A stretch of DNA of 53,861 nt from Toensbergia leucococca. Taxonomy: Eukaryota. The notes under the pieces were generated by a model, which was given only the letters and a program-made list of their open reading frames with translations, was not told the origin of the DNA and searched no databases. Below, piece by piece: positions 1 to 13,000 of the stretch (positions are counted from its first letter, which is position 1; the number at the start of each line of letters is the position of its first letter). The stretch is taken from positions 1 to 53,861 of the forward strand of contig JALDZS010000160.1 in the NCBI GenBank assembly GCA_022813965.1, in the 5' to 3' direction. The translations under genes and the position numbers were made by a program.

Positions 1-406
1 GGGTAGGGTGTTGATGAATAGAAGAATAGTGATCAAAAAGTGTGTTGTTGTTATGATTCTATTCAGGTACGTTGACTCAAAATTCCTACGTTGGCCATTT
101 GCAATACTTTAAAAATTGACCTCGTACTCCGTACTCGTACGAGTATCACGGTATGTACCTCGGTAGCTGGACTTTGGGGGCGTCAAATTAGGGTTCAATA
201 AGCGCCGAAATTAATAGCCGCGTCTCACATGATGATTGAAGGATGCTTTATTTGCCAACAATTCTCATATCGTGTTTTCTCCGCATGGATGCGTCTAAGA
301 AAAGCTACGACATGGCCAAAACCCAGCCATTGCTTTGGCCGAAGTGAACAAGAAATCAATCCACCACAATCAAGATGCTGATTTCTCATCTGTTATCATG
401 ATATGA

Positions 407-3400
407 ATGATACGTCTTCCATATGCCCATAATATTGGAGATCCCGAAGTTGCTACAATGCCAGAGCAGACAGAGCCTAGTCTCTCTCCAATGACACAAA
501 GCCCGCGCTCTCAATCACCTCGAATCCCAGCTCAAACTGACCCGGTCCCTTCGCTTCTGCATCTTCGGAAAGGCATCACGTACTCGCCACTAAAGATGGA
601 GCAAAAGCCCATTGGTTCCAGCATAGAGAACGTCGACGAAAAGGGTGGCAATGCCAAACACATGGAATCAGGTCCGGTAGAAATGCAATCCGGCACACAT
701 GGCTTCCCTTTCCAACAAATAGATGGAATGGCCGGGCATGGCCCGACTGGGCATACACTTCAGCGTTTGAAGAGCAAGACCACAGATGATACTAGTTCAC
801 GGCACACAAATTGTCTTCTTAACAACACACAGCTCCGGAGGGCTTCAGAAGGCAATAACGGACAACAAGCCTCAGCACCTGATACTAGGAAGAATTCAAC
901 CTTTGCGGGCAATTCTACACCCCCTGCACGTCGCAGTGTGCAATTCTTACGTCCTGCGCTTAATATAGAACAAAGAGACACCTCCCAACTAAGGTCCGGG
1001 TCTTGGGATGCTGAGGAGGGCGAAAATCCAAGCAAAGACCGACGTGGAGGCTCACTCTTCTCCAAACTTCGAGCTCTTGCAAGTCAATCAAGCCCACAAA
1101 CTCATGTTCGCAGTCCTAGCGGCTTCACTGTAGGTGGAGACTCGATCGATGAGCGAACCCTGGCAACAACCTTCTCTCCCGACTCGGGGAGGGACGAGAT
1201 ATTTGGTGGTACCTTGGATGAAGAAGGTGGCGAGGAAGACGCGGATGCGGAACAAAGTACCGGGGAGGATAACAGTGAGCCATACATTCGTAAGAAAAGG
1301 CGCAAGAGTCGTCGGCCACAGGATGGAGGGCCTCAGACTGCTCCAACAACACCAAAGACTCCATTTCTTCGTGACATTAGGCCTGGCCTATTTTCGAGTA
1401 ATTCTCTCTCGATGAACGATGGAGCTCGCCATACATTTCTTGCACGACGAGCTACGATGACGGATCTACCTGAAGAAACCCGACAGGGTGTGTCTGAAGA
1501 TGAAGGTCGGGATAGACTTGGTCATGAAAGTCCTTGGAGAAGGGGTAGTGCATGGGCTTCCCGGGGACTAAGCTATGGCGGTACTCGTAAATCAAATCAA
1601 CAAGCCGCCAATGACGGCAGACGACCGAGTAATTTCAGACGTATGACCGGTCTTGGAAGTTCCGGTGAAGCCCCTGAAGGATCTCCCTTTTCGCCATGGA
1701 AGATCCACCGAGCCGACAGATCATCTTCGCTGAGTGCAGCGAAATGGCGACAATTGAAAGCCGGACTTAGAATGATTGGTCAGCGCCGGAAGGCCGAGAA
1801 TACCATCGATCATGTTAAATCAGCAGAATTAATGGCTGAACTTACAGCCGCTACTCCTGCTGCGCTCATTCTAGCCAGTATGTTTCAGAGAGACGAGCAT
1901 GGAAACAGGAGGATACCCATCCTGCTGGAACAAGTTAAGATTCGTCTCACTGATAGTAGGCAAGTCGATTCCAAGTCCGGGGATCGTCACATGGTATTTC
2001 GTATAGAGCTCGAGTATGGTAACGGCCTTACGCGGATGAAGTGGGTGATTCATAGAGCACTCAGGGATTTCGCCAATTTGCATGCGAGGTACAAGTTACA
2101 GATTGGTGCTCAAAAGTACATTCAACTAAAGGCAGACGATGCCCGGACAAAGTTACCCCATTTCCCAAGAAGTACATTTCCATACATGAGAGGCATCCGA
2201 GGACTTGACAGTGACTCTGAAGATGAGGAAGAACCAGATGCTGATGCTACTGGTCCGAGTGGTGGGGAAGCAAGTGGGACAGAAAAGGCTGGCAAGAGAA
2301 AGAAACGACGTTCCTCAGCGAATGCGTCAAGGGGGAAATCTGCTGCCGCTAGTCCACAAGAAGGTGATGTTCTCAGAATAGCCGCAGCTGCCGGGGGATT
2401 CGCAGCAGGAGCTACGGGTGCACCAGCCCGGAAAGAGCACTATCCAGAAAGACAGCGAAAGAAACTTGAGCTATATCTCCAAAAGATGATCCGCTTCCTC
2501 ATATTTCGGCCTGAGAGCAATCGAATATGCAAATTTCTAGAGCTTTCTGCACTCGGTGTACGCCTTGCAGCTGAGGGCAGCTACCACGGTAAAGAGGGTT
2601 TACTAGTCATCCAGTCTGGGAAAGGTGTTGATTTCAGGAGAGCTTGGGTTCCATCGCTGATCAAGAGTCGCCACGGTCCAAAGTGGTTTCTCGTCCGTCA
2701 CAGCTACGTTGTGTGTGTAGATTCGCCGGAAGAAATGAACATCTATGATGTTTTCTTGGTCGATTCCGCTTTTGACATCCAAAACAAGAAGAAGCGTCTC
2801 CGCGATCAGAAGCCAAAAGATCTGGCAAGGACAGCTAGAGAATCTGCATCGCATCCCCAGCATCATAGTCTAAGGCTCCGGAACTCGGAAAGGAAGCTCA
2901 AATTGCTCGCCAAAAATGAAAGACAGCTGCACCAATTCGAAGAATCGATCCGTTTTATGTCTCAGAATACCCCCTGGGCACAAGTCAATCGATTCGAAAG
3001 CTTTGCTCCTGTACGGTCGAACGTTTTTGCACAATGGCTTGTTGATGGCAGAGACTACATGTGGAATGTGTCTCGGGCTATCAGCATGGCCAAGGACGTA
3101 ATATATATACATGATTGGTGGCTAAGTCCTGAACTATATATGCGACGACCAGCAGCAATCAGTCAGAAATGGCGTCTCGACCGATTACTCCAGCGTAAAG
3201 CGCGTGAAGGCGTCAAGATTTTTGTCATCGTATACCGAAACATCCAATCAGCTATTCCGATTGATTCCGAGTACACCAAATTTTCCCTTCTCGACTTGCA
3301 CGCCAACATTTTCGTGCAGAGATCACCTAATCAAATCCGGCAGAACACTTTCTTCTGGGCCCATCACGAGAAGATTTGTGTTGTTGACCACATGGTTGCG

Positions 3401-6210
3401 TTTGTTGGAGGGATCGATCTTTGCTTCGGCCGATGGGATACACCTCAGCATTCAGTTGCAGATGACAAGCTAACGGGCTTTGAGCTATCGGAAATGCCAA
3501 AGGACGCTGACCACTGCCAGCTTTGGCCTGGTAAAGATTACTCTAATCCCAGAACGCAAGATTTCTATGAGCTTGACAAGCCATACGAAGAAATGTATGA
3601 TAGAACAAACACACCTAGGATGCCATGGCATGATATTTCTATGCAAATAGTTGGTCAACCCGCGCGAGATCTGACCAGACACTTTGTGCAAAGATGGAAT
3701 TTCATCCTGCGTCAACGAAAGCCGACTCGTCCAACGCCATTTCTGTTGCCTCCGCCAGATTTTAATCCTGCGGATCTCGAGGCTCTTGGCCTAAACGGAA
3801 CGTGCGAGGTACAGATACTACGGTCCTGCAGTTCGTGGTCAATGGGCACGCCAGATAAGATAGAGCACAGCATCATGAATGCATACATAAAAATGATTGA
3901 GCAATCCGAGTATTTCGTATACATCGAGAACCAGTTCTTCATCAGTAGCACCAATATTGAAGGGACGCGAATTGAGAATCTCATTGGCGACGCACTTGTT
4001 GAACGCATTATAAGAGCTTCTCAAAAAGATGAAGCGTGGCAAGCTATCATAGTCATTCCACTTATGCCAGGCTTCCAAAGCGAAGTTGACGTTGCAGATG
4101 GCACAAGCATAAGACTGATTATGCAGTGTCAGTACAGAAGTATCTGTCGGACCGAGGCGTCCATTTTCAGCAGATTGCGAGCTCAAGGCATTGAGCCGGA
4201 AGACTATATTCAATTCTATAGCCTTCGATCTTGGGGAAAGATTGGAACGACGAAGCAACTTGTGACAGAGCAGCTTTACATTCATGCTAAATGCATGGTT
4301 GTTGACGACAGAATCGCCATCATTGGGTCTGCCAATATCAACGAGCGCTCGATGCTTGGAAATCGAGACTCGGAATGTGCGGCTGTAGTAAGAGACACAG
4401 ATATGTTGTGGTCGACAATGAACGGTGAACCTTATCTTGTAGGCCGCTTTCCCCATACGCTACGAATGCGCCTTATGCGTGAGCATCTGGGCATCGATGT
4501 TGATGAGGTCATGGATGGCGAGCTACAAGAGGGCGCAGAAAAGGCAGGCGAGCAGTGGGAGCGGGAAATGGATGAATTTCATGCTGAAAAAGTATCGTCC
4601 AACCCATCAAATTCAGATCAAGAAACGGAACGCAGATTGCTTGACTCCAAGCATAAACTTCGGGACGACCTAGTTGCCAAGTCAGAAGAGCTTTTGAGTT
4701 TCAACCATGATATTGATTGGGAGGAGGCAAACAACCCGAATCTCAAAGCTAATAAGAAGCTTACAGAAGATGCTCGTGTCACTGGCAACGAAACGCACAG
4801 GAGAGATGTGGATGGTGACGGCGCAGACAACATGAAGCAAGGAGAGCAGACTGGGAGTCCTCAAGGCCGCGACACAGCCCTACTAAACGACAAAAGAGAG
4901 ACCTTGACCTCGTCTGGAGGTATGGAGAGGAAAAGTACGCGTTCAACGCATAGGAAGACAGCATCACCCCAAAGATCCCAACCTCGTGATAAAGAGGACC
5001 TTGGCAGTACTTTACCCCCATTACCAAAATTCCCTCGAATGACGACGGCGCAGCTCGGCCTACCTATGCTATCTCAATTACCTCCGTTACCAAACGTTGA
5101 TGATACTGACATCGGCGGCCCATCTATCCAACGTTCATTCTCCCAGAAAACCGCTGAAATACTTGACCCCCTTCTATCGGACATCAAACGCCCATTCGTT
5201 GACAAGGACTGCATGCGTGATCCTCTCAACAACTCTTTTTTTCTAGACACATGGCATGCCATCGCAGAGAATAACACCAGATTGTTCCGTACTGTGTTCC
5301 GCTGCATGCCGGACAGTGAAGTCAGGACATGGAAGGAGTACAAGGAATATGCTGCATACTCTGAGCGGTTTGCTCAGGCGCAGGGAGGTGGCAAGAATAA
5401 AGATCGCGCTGTCCATCCAGAGGTGCACAGCAGCAGCGGACCGCCTGGCCAAGTCAGTACTACTGAAAAACTCCACATGGCTGGTCTTGTCGGCGAGAAA
5501 CTTGGCGATGTGGGCAGTACAGCTGAGACTTTCAGTGAGAAATTCAAGCACCACCTTCCCGGCTTGACCCACACCCACACCAACACTGGCACTACCGCTC
5601 ACATAGCGGGTAATGCAGAGGAGTGGGCCGAAGATGCAAACAAAGCCCATCTCAACCAAGAGAAGGAAGCCAGCGTAGAAAAAGCCAGAAATGCTGAGGC
5701 TGCATTCGACGAGAAAGCCGATCTCCGGAACACCAACGACGCCAACAAGGGTTTCGCACCGCTAGACGCCAGATCCTCCCACGACCCAGAAAAGCTGCGC
5801 AAAGCATATACGGCTTCCACTGTCACCTACTCGGACGCAATAAACCTAAACACCAACATGCACAAGAGGAGAAGGCGCGCAACGACGCGCAGCTCGAGAC
5901 GGGAGTTCCGCGCCAGCGACGAGATGATCAGCCCTGCTGATGCGTTGGAGTTGCTAAATTTAGTGCAGGGGCATTTGGTCGTATGGCCGTATGATTGGTG
6001 AGTCCTGTTCCCCTCTTGTAGTTGTTTCCTGCTCTGAATGTGAGAGTGTGGACTGATGCGCTTTTGGGGTGTGATTAGGCTTCACAGAGAGGAGGCTGAC
6101 TCCAATTGGCTGTATAACATTGACCAGCTTGCACCTCTGGAAATATAGTAGGTTTTGCCCCTTCTTGGTGGAATACGCGGAATGGCTCCTAACTCTCCCT
6201 TAGTACTTGA
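407..6210 (+). CDS. SPO14: Phospholipase D1 (PX-PH-HKD)
   Basis: Two HKD motifs (HHEKICVVD, HAKCMVVDD...GSANINERS) and a PX/PH region. The ORF continues after GT-AG introns 5998-6078 and 6148-6203 (exon W-LHREEADSNWLYNIDQLAPLEIY-T*), with the stop at 6208-6210. The start may be ATG 407 or 458. Confidence 0.95.
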
Positions 6211-6905
6211 GTGTCAACTGGCGGCTTGGGAAATTCTTTTTTTTCTTGCATAGCTTCTTGTACCTCTTATACTCTGTCCTCTCTGGCTCCGAAAGTGTTC
6301 TTCTCTAGTACATGCGCCTATCGTCCTCATCTGCTCACATTCCATAGCTTGGAAGTTTCCTCTCGTTTGCATAGGGGGCACCTGATATTCTCTATTCCCT
6401 TTTCTTCTGCAACCCAACACGTTGTTTTGACCCACGCAGCGAGAGTCGGAAATGAGCGAGAATGGGATCAACTCTGTCCGTTCCACCGCTCGGGGCGTTT
6501 TCTACGCATTCTCGCTTTGAGGTTGTACTTTTCCAAGATTTCGTTCTCGTTGGGTAGGGTGCATGGTTTGGGGCTTTGGGCGAGCTTGCGAGCTTGCTGG
6601 CAGAGGAACTTCTCGACTTCTTGCTCGAATGTCCTGTCGTTGTTGATTTCCAGCGGTAAGGGGCTGGATTTTGCTTTTAGCGCGTTATGCGAAGGAGAGG
6701 AAAACGGTGTGCAGCCTCTTCTGTACATGGAGTGGATGGGTGTAGTTTTTTCGGGTTGCGATGCACTACTCACTCGCTACGAGCTGTATAGAAGGCGAGA
6801 GCGTGGTAAAGTTGTTTCTTGATAGCATAGCAACAGTCCGATAAGACCGTCGAAACACACAATTATCAATCGATACACTCTAATCAACTTCCCAATCCGC
6901 CGCCC

Positions 6906-9274
6906 TTAATTCTCCCGCCCCAACCTCGCCAATTCCGACGTAATAAATTCCTCGGCATTAACCAAATCCGTACTCCCATAAACAACTCTCCTCGTTGGCC
7001 CCATCCCAGCTCCAACCCCACTACTCACGTTTCCCCCACTAGTTCTTTTTGCCCAATCCTGCAAATTCGAGAACTCATACGTACTTCCCCCGCCAACGGT
7101 GAAAACAATCGCCTCACTGAACCCCTGTCGCTTCTGCCCAAAACTTGCCGTCATGCCCTGGCCAATCCCGCCAGGCATGTTCGACTGCTGATGCCTAGCC
7201 TGCGAGGGCGCGGGCATGGTGCCCCGAGCGTTCGCGGAGCGAGGGTCAAAGTAGAGGTAGTTTTCCGTTTTTGCAATGGCGGACGAGGAGGCAGATGCGG
7301 GGTCCATGAGGGATTCGGTGATTTTGGTGACAGTGAGGTCTTTGTTTGCGGGGAGGAAGTTTTTAACGCCAGAGATGAGATTTTCAAAGTTGGCGCCCAG
7401 AGCGCCGTCTTTGAAGCGATCGGTTAAGCGGTTGCTGATGGAACTGAAACCGCGGAAGAGCTCGGTGCTGGTGGATTGTTGGGCGGGTTGGGAGGGGGCC
7501 GAGGTCATCATTGTCATTCGAGTAATCTCGCGGACTCTGGTGCTCGGTTAGTGATGGAGTCTGAAATTATTGAGATTGTGTTCTGACTGTTTCACGTAAG
7601 CAAGGGCTGTGATATCGCAATTTGCTTTTGTCAAAGTTTCCTCAAAGCGGTCCATATCTGCTCTTGAGATCTCCTGCTCCGTGCTCAAGTACCAGATGAT
7701 GAAAAGTCGTAATTTGTCTAGTGGCTCTTTTCCCTTCGCATCGTCGTTTAAGACTTCCAAAATTTGTGCTTTTGTCTGTTTGGTGATGTTTTCTTCAATC
7801 TGAAAGAAGTTGTCCAATTGCCTATCCTTAATACCTTTTAGCAATGCGGTTGCAATGTTCATGTGCATATCTAATGTTGCCTTTCGCTCCCGTAGTTCCG
7901 GTAACAACGTAATGGCAGCTTTTAGATGCTGTGCCGAGGAACTTGTATCATTTGGTAAGTCTTCAAGTGACGAGGCACCGGTTTTCTTCTTTATTTTTTC
8001 GGCGTCGTCTCGATACCTGGTAAGCTCAGCGTCGATGTCCTCCGCGACTTGAGGAAATGGAACACCCGCATTTCGAGACCAGAAGAAATCATTTGAGTTT
8101 AGGTCGTACGCCCTTTTCGTTGTGCCTTTGCTGAGATCATTGTCATCAGTTGGTGATTCTACTGTAATACGGTTTAAGTTCATCTTAAGCACGTCGTGGA
8201 CAAGAGATTGGTATGTCCACGAGTGTGAAAGCATCGGAATGAGATCAACGCTCCGATCAATAACAACTAACACAGGTCTCGAGGATGGAGTCCCTGTAGC
8301 CGCTGACGCTCTTTGACCGTGGTTGGAGAACAAATTATCTTTCGAGTTCAAAATGTGATCTCTGAGCTTGCGGTCTAGCTTTGCTGCAATCATTTCTGCT
8401 GCACCACCTCGTGGGCACCGGATGATTGGTATAGCACCTAAGAAGACTGTTAAGTAGTATTTCAGAACGGGTTGGTTCTACTTACCCATAGTAACAACCA
8501 CGCTGAACAAACCACTCACTATTCTTTCGACCACAGCATCGAGCTCCTCGTCTTTGGCTTGTGCACTGTTTAATGTCCAATAGGTTTCTTTTCCCATCCC
8601 CAAGCTAAATAGATCTGGCTCACTGACAATGAAGTTTAAATATTGGTCATACACCTGGGCAACACTCTCAGATGTGCCAGAACCTGCTATCTGGCCTGCA
8701 AAATCTTCCATCAGTGGCCGAGGTATCGACGATAGAAAATTTATGTACGCATCAGAGTACAGGTTGCGAGAGAGATCCGAGTTGATGAGGTCCAAATTTG
8801 CTGCTGTGGGCTCAACGAGATACAGAACTGGAACATCGGGTATGGGATGACGGGACGCATTAATGTTTCTATCTACGAGTTTAGTGACAGTGATTATCAA
8901 CAAGAGAGTAATATTCTCGCCTTTGGATTGGTGAAAGGACTGTACCTACAGGTGTATAGTGACACCCCATCCACGCAAATCGTTGACCCGTAATACGCTA
9001 CTGATTACATCCCGGCCCAGATTATCAAAGACAAGGACCTTCCATATCGGATCTCCATCTGAATTCAAGATAGGAGTCGCTTCAGGAATGAGCCCGCTGG
9101 CAGTAGAAGGATCGTGGTGAGTAAGGGAGGTCTCTGGAGAGGCGTGATTGAGGTTGAGGATTCGCTCGATTGAAGCTGGATCAGATGCCGTTAGCACGAC
9201 GATTTATGAAAGCTTTGAGCCTGGGAAGGCCTACCTACTTGCCTATCTCGCAGCGATTGCCGGTAAGGAGACAT
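6906..9274 (-). CDS. SLY1: Sec1/Munc18 family vesicle trafficking protein Sly1
   Basis: N-terminus MSPYRQSLRDRQVASIERILNLN; motifs IWKVLVFD, HSWTYQSLVHD, VFTVGGG and VVYGST. Introns 9234-9176, 8949-8869, 8485-8438 and 7587-7537 all join in frame. Confidence 0.95.
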
Positions 9275-10049
9275 TGTAGCAGAAGGCATCAGTGCGCTTT
9301 AGGTGGCTAATAGATCCCTACCAGGAATGGACGCGCTGTAATGCCCGCAACATGTCGTACTTAAACGTAGTCAACCAAACAAGCAGGATTTAAAAGGCCA
9401 AGCTGTCAATTCAATATACCTTATTCACTAAATTTAATCACCAAATGCTGCAGCCTATTAGGTAAGCTTGTAAGGTGCTTGGTGAGCCCCGCTAATACTT
9501 AGCGCGTGACACAAATTGAACCTCGCGCAAGTTTCTGCTCACTCCTTCCTCTCCCATTCCCCAGACAGTCTCATCCTCAACGCTCCCAAAGTCATTGTGA
9601 AGCGACTAGAATCCCTCGCTGAATAATTAATCGATCGTGAAGTCTTGAATGCTCGTACCCTGAAGGGGCTGGAAGTGGTGGGCTGAGGCAAAGGTAACGG
9701 ACGTTCTATGACGGACGGGGTGGAGCGTATTGGGGCATACTCAAGTGGTCTCTTTCACCTCTCACCAAGCCACGGGTAATTTCGGTCTATGAAGGACGTG
9801 AAATACATTGCGACCTCTTGAGACCTGCCAACTTGATACCTACAGGCTCGAGTATCAATCGAGACAAGTTCCCTTACCTTACCGCCATTTTCATTCTTTC
9901 ACCATAGTTACGGACAGTCATTTGCGCCAAAGAAGCAGAAACCCCTCAAATACAGAGGCCAATATAACCCAAAATAACCACTAGCCGCCTTGGAGCGTAA
10001 TAAACAGGTACGCGAGGCGCACGGACCTAAGTTTGTCACGGGCGTGAAC

Positions 10050-13000
10050 ATGATGGATTCTCTACACCAAAACCATAATCCAGACCATTCAGATAGTCAT
10101 TCCATCGGCGCTGGCTTTTCGTTCAATAATTCTCAAAATGATCCCTACTCCTCATTCTTCTCTAATGAACCCGATTCATCCTTCAATTCTCCATGGGACA
10201 CCCAGGCTATCCCTAATCCCCAGGACCAGGCCAGCGCCTTTGTCCAAGGAAACAGTGCCTGGCATCAGAACTCTCTCCAGCCTTCCAATCAACTTCATGT
10301 TCCGAATTATGGACTTCCTTCTAGAGACTTCAATCATCCATTTTCCCGAAGTCCCGCCTCTTTCAACTACCCTGGCTTTGATACTCAATCTGGTCCCCCT
10401 TTGTCCGCACATTCATACGATGCTCCGTTATCATATGGGAACGACTCCTTGAATGCAAATAACCGTTTTGGGTTTGCTGGACTTGGAGGATTCCAAAGAC
10501 CGACGAGTCTAAACGAGACCATCTCCCCCCAGGCCTTGCAAAATTATTCCAATCCTTATAGTCAAATATCAACGCGAGAAGAACGTCAGGTATGTCAAAA
10601 CTTGCATCATCATCTGCAACGACTCACTCTCACCCTCACTTAACAATGAATGCTAAATTTTGGACAGTCTCAGCAACTTCTGGCCAATCCAGGTCTAGCG
10701 TTACGGGATCTCCCTGCGGATCGTAAACAGCGTCAGAACTCAACGACACGCCCAAAATGGGATTCGGTCGAGGCCACGATCCCTGCAGGCACTCCCCGAG
10801 GTCGTCTCCTCATTCGGAGTCAGTCGCAGTTGTCCAGTGCCACCATTTCGAAAAAGTTCAAAGGCTTTGTATTCTTAGGAAATACCCATATAGATCCAGG
10901 GACTCCCAAAGGTATGTTTTGAACCATTTGCAAAGCCAAAAATCGATCCTAATTTTAGACGTAGTTTCACTTCCTAGACTCAATAAAAGAAGATCTAAGA
11001 GCACGGCTAGAATTAAGCTTCTTCAAGGTATCTCAGCGATGTATTCATCAACAACCTATCGGGTGGCTAACCTTACTGAGTAGAAAAAGGAGATGGGCTA
11101 TGGGCTTCTATCCACCAACCCTTAGCCAAGAAACTCAAGATTTCTGCATCAAAATCCTCAGGTTCACGGCAATTCTCATCTTCCTCGACATCGCGTGGCA
11201 CCCCCGTCTTGGAAATTGAGTCATCTCCAGAAGTATCTAGTGGATCTGAGCCTGATGAGGACTCCGAATTGGATTCTGAATCTGATGAGGAGCCAGAGGA
11301 ACCATCACCACTGCCCTCAATACGTCCGACTGATCCTTCTAAGGCGGTCGAATATGACACTATCAAGTCTGTGTGGGCGAAACGTAATGCAGACCTGGTA
11401 GGTCCTGTGATTCGCACAGCCTTAGGCGACTATACAAATGTCATCAAGGGAATCCGCGATAAATGGAAGTTAGAAACGACCGCTCTACAACAAGCCGTTG
11501 AGAGCAGGGATCAGGCGAGGACTGTCGAGTTTCAGCGACGCGCAGCTGAACAACGTCGCATAATGGAGTCGGCCGTTCGTCTGACACTGAAATACGGGCA
11601 TCGTCACATCGTTGAAAAGTACGTATTACTGTGTTCTCATCGAAATCTGTCCTCCATACACCGTTCTACACTTTGCAGTCTTGACTAGACCCCAAGCACC
11701 TGCTTCTGATATATCCTTACTGGCATGTTCCCAGCGAAAAATTATTAAATGCACGTAAGGTTTGCACGCCGCCTTGAGCGGCATACAAATATCATAAACC
11801 AGGACACATGCACCACTGTAATTTGGTCAGAGAGGCATATCTAGCTATGACTTTGGCGATTGTCCAATAAGCCATAAATTCAAGCCCGACTTTAAAGTAG
11901 GCTCTGCACGTATTATTAGTGCTCAATCTAGGAGCTGGAGGTGGACGAGTTGAGGTTCCTGAATGGGCCCTTTCGACGCTCGGAAGCTCTTGGATAGTAC
12001 ATTAATTTAACAAACCTAATGCGCTGACTTGGCACTTTCGCCGCGCTCATGGCTCGCTGTTTTACAAATCCTTGAATTTACGAATACACGCTCTTGTCTT
12101 CATGCTAATAGCCAGCTAGGCTCGGAGAAATTCCACTTCTATCAGTTGCGATATATCAATTCATTGCAGACCGATTTAAGGACAGCGAGTACAGTGGTAC
12201 ATTCATAGCAAGCATGCTTGAGGTACGGAAAAAAGTGTATTCCATCCAAATCTCTTGCTAATACGATACTAGCTTATGTCGCGCTGTATAACGATAGACC
12301 AGGCTCTACTAGAGAAGACCAAGGTAGATAAGGCTCTACAAAGACTCACCAAAAGGGGAGATGATCAGGGCAAAACTCTCGCCCAAAAGATTCTAGACAA
12401 TGCTGCAGCCGTTTCGAAGCAAAAGAGCCTAGAAAGCAAAGGTGACCAAAGCTCAGAACTTAAGCAAAGTGCTACTTTCAAGAAGCCGGCTAGCATCCCC
12501 CGTCCTGAAAGTAGCTTGGGGCTCAAACGACAACGGCCAGGTGATATTCCAATATTACAGCCAGCCAAAAAACAGGCGGTTGTTACTGCTGCAGCAAGAA
12601 ACACAGGGGTTTTCGGGAAAAAGCAGCTTCCTACTAAATCGGAGACAAAGCTAGCGACGAATGCTCCGTCTATAAATACTCCCGCTCCCAAGGTCAAAGC
12701 TACTCATGTAGTTCCAAAGCAATCAAATTTCTTCTCGAGCTTACAATCTGCGTCTAAGAAGCCAGGCACTTCGAATGCTGCGTTACAGTCGGCGAAGCTT
12801 AAGGACAATAAAGTTGGGTAAGTTGTGACTCCTTGTCAAGATAATAGACAATTTGATTCCTACTTCTATTTGATGCCATCTGACATGCCAGTAGCAATGT
12901 GCTTGACGCCAAAACTCCGGCTCCCGTGGCTGCTACGCCAAAACCTACATTCTCGTTCGCTGAGACAATGGCGAACTTGACGAAACCGAAAGAAAGTGTT

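Noticed and set aside
6211..6822. 203-aa + strand ORF directly after PLD
   Set aside because: GTG start, located in the 3' UTR zone, and no recognisable protein features.
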